From the IMG/VR virus record IMGVR_UViG_3300030095_005132, positions 30,233 through 94,232 of that record: a stretch of 64,000 nucleotides of DNA, one strand, 5' to 3'. Origin of the DNA: a virus (taxonomy: Duplodnaviria; Caudoviricetes). Below are positions 58,801 through 64,000 of this stretch, in pieces; the first letter of the stretch is position 1; every line of letters begins with the position of its first letter. The notes under the pieces were generated by a model. That model did no database searches. It was not told the DNA's origin and worked only from the letters and a program-made list of their open reading frames with translations. Position numbers and translations under genes: made by a program.

Positions 58801-60367
58801 ATCAATATCAACTGGCTCATTTGGTTCGGTAATGCAAAATGGAAAACACTTTCCACAAACCAATGCACCTGGTGAAAATATTGCTTTTGGAACAGATGCT
58901 GGTAGTGCTTTTGTTGGTGGAAATGTCAATAAAATAAATGTTGCGATTGGTCTAAGTGCGGGTAGTGCTATGGCTGATTATGGTGGAAATGTTTTTATAG
59001 GTAAAAATGCGGCTAAATTAAGAACTCGTGGTGATGATAATGTTGCTATAGGAACAAGTGCCGGTGGAACAGATGGTGATGATTTCGGTGATAAGAATGT
59101 TTTTATCGGATTGAGTACCGGACTTGCTATAAACAGCACAAATTCAGATGCGAATGTTTTTATTGGTAGCCTTGCAGGAACTGCTGGTCAACAGAGTATA
59201 GCCAATGTTCTTATTGGTTCTGATGCAGGAAAGACACTTACTAATAGTAGCCGTAATGTTGCAATCGGTGCTTTTGCTGGAACAGGATTTGGTGTAACAA
59301 ACACCACAACTGAAAATAGTATCTATATAGGACAATATGCTAGAACTTCTGTTACAAATGCTAATAATGAAATAGTAATAGGTTCAGAAGCAGTTGGTCA
59401 TGGAACGGATACAATAACCTTTGGTGATAATCAAATAACAGATGTTTACTTTGCTTCAGGTTCTTCTACAGGCGCTACATTTCATGGTGTAAAAGATTTT
59501 AGTGGAAACATAAGCGGCTCATCAACCTCAACCGGTTCTTTTGGTAGGGTAGAAGCAACAACTGTATCTGCTAGTCATTATGTTGGTCAAATAGGTTCTC
59601 GTTATGTACACTCTCAAACCTCAGATTCTACAACTTGGGCAATTACCCATAATATAGGACATAAGTATCCTGTTGTTACTGTTTATGATACAGACGACCA
59701 AATAATGTTACCTGAAACAGGTACTGCTACCGATTCTGATACATTTACTTTAACTTTTAATGAGGCTATACAAGGAACAGCGATTTTATCTGTTGGTGGA
59801 GTTGGTACAAATGCTGGTAATAATTACATACACACCCAATCAGAAACATCTACAAATTGGAGAGTTACACATAGTTTAAGCCAACAATATCCTAACATTA
59901 CGGTATTTGATGAAAATGATGAGGTTATAATACCAGAGTCGATTACTGCTACAAGCGATAATAATGCAGACATAGTTTTTTCATCCGACCAAATCGGTTA
60001 TGCTAACTTTTCCATAGGTAGTGGTATACCGAATATCAGCAGTGAAAATTCAGGTAAGTTTTTAAAGGTAAGGCATGATGGAGAGGGTGTTGAGTGGGTG
60101 CCAACCACAGCTAATGTGTCAGGTTCAATGTCGGTATCAGGAAGTATATTACCCGATGCTGATAATCATCATGATTTGGGTTCAGCTGAAAAAAGATGGG
60201 CTAATTTATTTACCGGTGATATAGAACTATCCAACGAAGGCTCGGAAGGTAATGAGGTTGATGGAACAACAGGTTCTTGGACGATACAGGAAGGTGAGGA
60301 TGACCTATATTTATTAAACAGAAAGAATGGAAAAAAATATAAATTTAAATTACAGGAGATAGAGTAA
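52886..60367 (+). CDS. giant modular fibre/adhesin protein (2493 aa)
   Basis: 16 SGSxxSTGSF junctions, YadA-head-like N[TV]A[VI]G repeats, duplicated H-x-Q..W-x-[IV]TH domains, C-terminal GDIELSNEG..WTIQEGEDDLYL..GKKYKF cap. Confidence 0.8.
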   Translation: MAVKVTGQFEPAGDFSIVDGSDVSGNITGSNVSASGTGTFNTIEASNVGTTLGTMISGSTPFNASDVSGSWRGEFSSSNMTVVGGGISGSAESTGSFGRIESSTVNIGSADITGNLTVAGNYTVNGTTTFISSSQLDIGDNIIQVNSVNPLRYGGIHVKDVTAEETGSLVWDSTNDYWLAGQSGSEYRIPLQDSTSDLTDNKTIIAGSSGRLESGDITDTGDSISMTLPVTASSNLEVAGNISGSATSTGSFGHITTPAGINAVGPFTFQTTAAANDTIFRTAGTSGYPLTLRNSNNSARMYFQTNAGVTNIIMDGNSKSNLLKLSADGLTETRGQVGSAHADGNLELYSNNGLNNLILSASMTTISGSGDTTLDVKGNILSEGNISGSVASTGSFGVLELVSTDGMAKFDFTKGTNNFSIGYGGTGQTLTTGAVGNVFLGYGVGSQVTTGDQNVGLGYQVITGGNATGNTAVGYRALKAMNSGIGNVAIGRLAGDAVQTGNYNIAIGQGTGFTGTGATNQIGIGYDVTVPGDNQTVIGASPQTHVIFGGSNTLISGSAASTGSFGDGRFASKVGIGLGIATALSTPHSYLDVRGNNVTPSNGNGSYHTMQLIDTTAMAEGVGGGIGFGGKFVGNTDTLFGEIRGLKENGTSNNYAGALTFQTRAHGANLIEQVRIDSSGNLEAVRGNISGSSTSTGSFGRVESNTFDVTTLTSTTVTSTNLNVTGEITGSSLDISGNMTGSANLEVAGNISGSATSTGSFGAVYVDNAIGLGITNPGSYVADNTPLVLGTGANNSTGTGVAMISATNGYGNLYFGDGTGVNTYRGAIQYFHTSDSMKIWTSGNFNSPSLLLDNSKNIEIGGNISGSSTSTGSFGHLELANRDTDASFEFGRAHIGFVGYSDMAGFSHVDNDSTSNFALAQSAAGKTIVQAKSGQPIAFKIGGSDKVQINSSGDLGIGIETALHKLHVVGDGFFTGNVSGSATSTGSFGYLEIADSGGSPTIHLNEPAGGGGDSAVRMTEDGGFRGGFIKYDGGNNLLKIGTHANNNRTVSDDITAIEITRNDGYPYFKTAYAYLNQYLAHEGDDDTYLRYQTNQIDLSAGGNIFEINTTSLSGSSTSTGSFAKITAADRIEVNGSGTGQVYIGTTSGQVALHAANDSIIQANHFQSTQNSNSAVFLYDDNGVATRIHGQNHVRFTFGSAASGYDDRTFFKVASRNSNTYADTLLSGSLHITGSGGDLGSVVLTGNVSGSSTSTGSFGTLRIDGGVIDFDNANNTFIGKNSKSSVIDGADSNTVVGTNAGSALTSGDDNTLIGYNAGNDLTSGHQNTLIGYTAGDNITTQQGNVLIGKNTGGTGQQLSILIGNDTGRLIASGNGTVGIGHNTLYSLSTGQFNTVVGYDSMRFEVDGDRSTAFGYQTLRSQTGTDGTVGTTALGYKAGYNATSGIHNIFVGADTNPSSGSSNNEIVIGYGVTGLGDNQTVIGNSSQTHVVFGGDALISGSASSTGSFGDGRFVGKLGIGEETAPDELLHLKQTGNDFTTIQLESTNGGTGAGSQIDMNFNGAHFYFINHGTGRTATRYGTTVAGFGEILAQDSNYGLLIGTGTKNKPIIFGTNNAEVMRIEDGKVSGSSTSTGSFGHLELANRDTDASFEFGRAHIGFIGFSDMAGFSHVDHNGTGTFALAQSSAGKTIVQAASGQPIAFKIGGTDKVQINSSGDLGIGIETALHKLHVVGDGFFTGNVSGSSTSTGSFGRLAVGTATIQIPSNGFITMGSLEGMVMNTRFGNNAGQNLQAGGTQNVIVGEDAGAALTTGDTNVAVGSEALKAATGDSNNVAIGRRALHDLNATNARNVAVGTGAGDGITSGTENVLLGHSTNASAVGGDNQIAIGSGVTGTGDNQTVIGNSSQTHVVFGGDALISGSAKSTGSFGRLDVSSFSSATATIISGSTNPTSVSGSWRGELSSSTMAVVGGGVSGSSISTGSFGSVMQNGKHFPQTNAPGENIAFGTDAGSAFVGGNVNKINVAIGLSAGSAMADYGGNVFIGKNAAKLRTRGDDNVAIGTSAGGTDGDDFGDKNVFIGLSTGLAINSTNSDANVFIGSLAGTAGQQSIANVLIGSDAGKTLTNSSRNVAIGAFAGTGFGVTNTTTENSIYIGQYARTSVTNANNEIVIGSEAVGHGTDTITFGDNQITDVYFASGSSTGATFHGVKDFSGNISGSSTSTGSFGRVEATTVSASHYVGQIGSRYVHSQTSDSTTWAITHNIGHKYPVVTVYDTDDQIMLPETGTATDSDTFTLTFNEAIQGTAILSVGGVGTNAGNNYIHTQSETSTNWRVTHSLSQQYPNITVFDENDEVIIPESITATSDNNADIVFSSDQIGYANFSIGSGIPNISSENSGKFLKVRHDGEGVEWVPTTANVSGSMSVSGSILPDADNHHDLGSAEKRWANLFTGDIELSNEGSEGNEVDGTTGSWTIQEGEDDLYLLNRKNGKKYKFKLQEIE

Positions 60368-63300
60368 ATGGCTATACATACCGGCGATATTTTCGCAGAA
60401 CAATATACAGTATCATCCTCTGTAACTAATATAGTTATAGCATCAACTTCAGGTTCTATGGCATTTGGTGATAGTTCTGATGACACACATCAGTTTACTG
60501 GTTCGTTAATGGTATCTGCTTCTGGTCAGATAGGTATTGGCACAACAAATCCTGACGGAGAACTTCATGTTCATGCAGCAAGTGCGGGTTCTGTAACTGC
60601 ACCAGGTGAAGGAAATAATTTAATAATTGAAGATTCGGCTACTCCAGGAATGTCATTTCTTTTTCCAAACAATAGTAAAGGAAGTATTTACTTTGGAACT
60701 CCAAGTGACAATGACCAAATGTCAATTATTGGTGATACAAATAACAACCGCTTTGATTTCGCTGCTCGAAATGCCTCCGATGTTATTAGATTTAGACCTG
60801 CAGGTGGGGTTTTAAATTTAACATTAAAAGGTGCAGCTGGTTCTGAAATGGCTCAATTTGAAGGTGATGTAAGTGGCTCATCAACCTCAACTGGTTCGTT
60901 TGGTAGAGTTAATGTAAATGGTAGTGGCACAAGAATGGTTTTTGATACAAAAACAACAGATGGAACTATTGATTTTCTGGCTATTGATGATGGTTCAACC
61001 ATTTCTAAAATGGAATTATTTTCAGCTGATGTTGGTGGAAGTGGTGGAAGTGGTATCAACATGATGACTGATGGTAACTTTGCTGTATCTAAACTTAATA
61101 ACACTCCCTTTTTCAAAATTACAGAAAATAGTGGTATTGTAGAATTTCCTGCTGCTAATCAAAAAATAAGTGGCTCATCAACCTCAACTGGTTCGTTTGG
61201 TGCTGGTTATATTGATAATAAATTGGGCATTGGACAAACAAGTCCAGAAGCTAAATTGCATATTACACAAACATCTTCTGATTATGCTTTGCACATAGAA
61301 CATAGCAGTAATACAACAAATCACTATAACGGAATTTTTATATCTGGTTATGATGAAAATAATACATCTTATCCTTTGTTTATCAAGGGAAATTCTATAG
61401 ACTTAGATGAAAGCACTGGTAATGTAAAATTTGTAGTTCGTGCAGATGGCAAAGTCGGCATCGGCACCACAGTTCCTTCACAAAAATTAGAAATAAGTGC
61501 TGGAAATATAATGATTTCTGGTAGTGGTGGAGCTGGTGTTATCTTTAAAGGAACTGGTGATGGTTCAAATAAAAATGCCCTATACTTTAAAAATGCCTCA
61601 AATACTGAAAAGTTTAGAATAATACATGATCCAAGTGCTAATGGAACTGATGATTTACAATTTAAAGCAAATGCAAATAGTGTAACTGTAATGACAATGT
61701 TACAGAATGGAAATGTCGGCATCGGCACCACAAGTCCTGGAGAAGCTTTAGAAATAAATAAAAGTGGAGCAAACCTAAAGGTGGTATCTGATAATAATGT
61801 TTATCTATCTCTTGATACAACACAAACAAATGGTGACGAATGGCATATATTTAATGCCAATAGTGGTGCGACATCTACATTACAATTTAAAAATGTAGAC
61901 CAATCAAAAGTTGTGATGTTGATGGATGAAACAGGTAAAGTCGGCATCGGCACCACAAGTCCTTCTACTGCTTTAGAGGTAGTTACTAATGATGGTATCA
62001 ATGTAATAACCGATGGGAGTAGTGATACACCAGCAAGATTAAACTTATGGTCAAAAGATACTTCAATAGCAGCTGGTGATACAATAGCAGCTATATATGC
62101 TTTAGGAACTGATAGTACTTCCACTGCAAACACAGGTTCAAAAATAGAATTTAATGCCGATGCAGTTTGGGATGCTGGTAGTGCTAATTATCAAGCAACA
62201 AGAATTGATTTCTTTGCTCAAAACAATAGTGGAACAAATACTTTAACTGCTCCAGTATTACAAGTAGCTCATAATAAAATAAGTGGTTCATCAACCTCAA
62301 CTGGTTCGTTTGCAAAATTAATACTAGCAGAAAACTTACATATAGCAGATGGTAAATTTGTTAATGTTGGAAATGATAATGATTTTACCATTCAACACAG
62401 TTCTCATACATTTCTTACAAATAATACTGGTAACCTATATTATAGACAAAAAGCCTCAGGTGCAAGTCATCTTTTCCAACAGACAAGTGGTAACACAACT
62501 GTTGTTGAAATTTCAGATGGTGGTGGTTTCTTTGTACAAGGTGGTTCATCACCATTAATACAAACCACTGGTAATATAGTATCTACAGGTGCAAATAAAG
62601 TCATAAGTGGCTCATCAACCTCAACCGGTTCGTTTGGTGCTTTACATACTGCTGGGCGAGTTGGCATAGGAACAACGACTCAAAATTCTAACTTAACAAT
62701 TCAAACAACTGCTGGTTCAGTAGATACATCAGCTGCTACTGGTACATTACAATTTGGTTCTGTAAGCTCTACTCTAACTCCTTCTATTACTGGAAGGCAA
62801 ACTGCTGGTACTCACGGTCTCTTTTTAATGGCTATGGGATTAGATGGAACTACAACCGGTGATATGATTTTTAATACAAGGGAAAATAATAACTCTACCT
62901 TTGCATCAACTGATCATGCGGGATTTAAGTTTCAACATTTTTCTACTGATTTAGTTACTATTTTAAGAAACGGAAAGGTCGGCATCGGCACCACAGGTCC
63001 TGACCACAATCTTCACGTAAGTAGTTCTGGTACTGTTGATATAGTTGCAGAATCTCAAAATTTCGGAATAAAATTATCAGCTGACAATACCAACAGTAGA
63101 TCTATAATAATACTAGATAGAGATAGTACAGATGGTGTTGGTGCTGGTAGTGATTATGCTTATATTAGATACGACTCCGCTGGTTTAGATATAGGTACTG
63201 GTGAAAATTTACCAATAGTATTTGAGCCAAACGGTGCTGAAAGAGTAAGAATTACTACGGCTGGTATAATTTTAAATAGTTCGTCAGCTCATGTAAGTGG

Positions 63301-64000
63301 TTCTCAATACTCAACTGGTTCGTTTGGTGTAGGTCATATTGCACATAAAATTGGAGTCGGTACACAATCACCACAACTTCAATCTGGTATAAACGGAAGT
63401 GGTATTGATATTTACAATGCAAATTTTCCACATTTATTTTTTCACAATTCTACAACAGGCACCTCAAATTCAGACGGAACAAGAATTTTATTAGAAGGCA
63501 ATACATTATTTTTTCAAAGTTTTGAAGCAGCTGGTGGATTTAGGTTTTTAAATAATGACAGTAACACCGTTATGACAATAACGGGTTCAAATGTCGGCAT
63601 TGGAACAGAAAGTCCTAGTGTTGCTCTCCATGTTAAAGGCGATGGTCATAGAGTTCAAGTTTCAAGTGCAGACTATGATTTAGTGAAAATAGGAGCTTAT
63701 GGTGATTCTGGTGGAGACTTAGATAATGGATTTTTAAATATATTAAATGATGGTTCTGAAAAAATCAGACTCTTAGCAGATGGAACTTCATATTTAAATG
63801 GTGGCAATGTCGGCATCGGAGTTACAAGTCCAGTTGGAAAACTTGATATTGCTGGTACACAAACATTACACTTAACACATACAACTACTGATGATACAAA
63901 TAAAAATCCTGTAATTACATCATATCAATACGATTCTGGTACGGAGACAGAAGGTTTTATGATGATGCAAGCATTTAGTAATTCGTCTACAAATAGAATT
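60368..64000 (+). CDS. 3'-truncated modular fibre protein (at least 1211 codons; absent from the ORF track)
   Basis: ATG 60368 directly after the upstream TAA; repeats at 60872 to 63296 and the last codons lie in the same frame; GNVGIGTTSP and SGSSTSTGSFG repeats. Confidence 0.85.
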   Translation, partial: MAIHTGDIFAEQYTVSSSVTNIVIASTSGSMAFGDSSDDTHQFTGSLMVSASGQIGIGTTNPDGELHVHAASAGSVTAPGEGNNLIIEDSATPGMSFLFPNNSKGSIYFGTPSDNDQMSIIGDTNNNRFDFAARNASDVIRFRPAGGVLNLTLKGAAGSEMAQFEGDVSGSSTSTGSFGRVNVNGSGTRMVFDTKTTDGTIDFLAIDDGSTISKMELFSADVGGSGGSGINMMTDGNFAVSKLNNTPFFKITENSGIVEFPAANQKISGSSTSTGSFGAGYIDNKLGIGQTSPEAKLHITQTSSDYALHIEHSSNTTNHYNGIFISGYDENNTSYPLFIKGNSIDLDESTGNVKFVVRADGKVGIGTTVPSQKLEISAGNIMISGSGGAGVIFKGTGDGSNKNALYFKNASNTEKFRIIHDPSANGTDDLQFKANANSVTVMTMLQNGNVGIGTTSPGEALEINKSGANLKVVSDNNVYLSLDTTQTNGDEWHIFNANSGATSTLQFKNVDQSKVVMLMDETGKVGIGTTSPSTALEVVTNDGINVITDGSSDTPARLNLWSKDTSIAAGDTIAAIYALGTDSTSTANTGSKIEFNADAVWDAGSANYQATRIDFFAQNNSGTNTLTAPVLQVAHNKISGSSTSTGSFAKLILAENLHIADGKFVNVGNDNDFTIQHSSHTFLTNNTGNLYYRQKASGASHLFQQTSGNTTVVEISDGGGFFVQGGSSPLIQTTGNIVSTGANKVISGSSTSTGSFGALHTAGRVGIGTTTQNSNLTIQTTAGSVDTSAATGTLQFGSVSSTLTPSITGRQTAGTHGLFLMAMGLDGTTTGDMIFNTRENNNSTFASTDHAGFKFQHFSTDLVTILRNGKVGIGTTGPDHNLHVSSSGTVDIVAESQNFGIKLSADNTNSRSIIILDRDSTDGVGAGSDYAYIRYDSAGLDIGTGENLPIVFEPNGAERVRITTAGIILNSSSAHVSGSQYSTGSFGVGHIAHKIGVGTQSPQLQSGINGSGIDIYNANFPHLFFHNSTTGTSNSDGTRILLEGNTLFFQSFEAAGGFRFLNNDSNTVMTITGSNVGIGTESPSVALHVKGDGHRVQVSSADYDLVKIGAYGDSGGDLDNGFLNILNDGSEKIRLLADGTSYLNGGNVGIGVTSPVGKLDIAGTQTLHLTHTTTDDTNKNPVITSYQYDSGTETEGFMMMQAFSNSSTNRI
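61454..63820 (+). repeat. dispersed 18-bp GC-rich repeat GTCGGCATCGGCACCACA (VGIGTT)
   Basis: Exact copies at 61454, 61715, 61940, 62978; partial copies at 63593 and 63809. Confidence 0.9.

Larger units (their letters stand above)
50846..63328 (+). repeat. dispersed 33-bp repeat, consensus AGTGGYTCATCAACCTCAACYGGTTCGTTTGGW (SGSSTSTGSFG), about 24 copies in four genes
   Basis: Copies start near 50846, 51101, 51638, 53147, 53612, 54044, 54551, 54953, 55139, 55478, 55820, 56222, 56627, 57374, 57758, 58100, 58628, 58793, 59513, 60872, 61169, 62282, 62606, 63296. Confidence 0.9.

Noticed and set aside
178-62667. Other minus-strand and short alternative-frame ORFs in the track
   Set aside because: They lie within or largely overlap well-supported + strand genes and lack recognisable motifs or SDs; only 18908..19081 was kept
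50846-63328. 33-bp repeat as a CRISPR array
   Set aside because: Spacing is hundreds of bp and irregular, copies are degenerate and in-frame within ORFs, and there are no cas genes
1-64000. Stop-codon reassignment (alternative genetic code)
   Set aside because: Very long ORFs are intact under the standard code; TAG ends several genes cleanly (4110, 30510, 34204, 35049, 52876) and TGA ends 15778 and 41311
1-64000. tRNA/rRNA genes, integrase or host chromosomal genes
   Set aside because: Intergenic gaps are short and show no cloverleaf or T-loop motifs; no integrase; rpsU is embedded in phage head genes, so it is not evidence of host DNA

Overview
AT-rich (roughly one-third GC by eye), gene-dense segment of a large T4-superfamily-like (contractile-tailed) bacteriophage; almost everything is on the + strand. 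In order: baseplate genes (gp25-like, gp6-like, a 2227-aa baseplate protein, two tail-collar-domain paralogues); an embedded replication/recombination trio (PD-(D/E)xK resolvase-like, primase, fused Mre11-Rad50/SbcD-SbcC); one minus-strand ribbon-helix-helix gene; a 3.4k-aa repetitive fibre/spike protein; a 1213-aa multi-enzyme protein; large terminase, portal, small head-associated proteins, prohead protease, a phage-encoded ribosomal protein bS21, scaffold, major capsid and neck proteins; then very large modular fibre proteins running off the right end. The layout fits the described bS21-encoding large phages; the host cannot be determined from this window. Most notable: (1) apparent virion-cargo polyproteins (kinase + HxGH nucleotidyltransferase + RNA-ligase-like domain; and a 6-module protein) joined by Glu-ending linkers resembling prohead-protease sites; (2) fibre genes built from modules bounded by a DNA-conserved 33-bp repeat (about 24 copies) and a GC-rich 18-bp repeat, with one whole module duplicated repeat-to-repeat; (3) a pervasive [S/T]-[G/A/S]-S tripeptide in surface structural proteins; (4) a structured leader whose loop can pair with the Shine-Dalgarno of the scaffold gene, which lacks an ATG at that SD; (5) an ATATTTAT(A) candidate late promoter, the reverse complement of the T4 late promoter. 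All product calls are from motif recognition by eye, with no database search.
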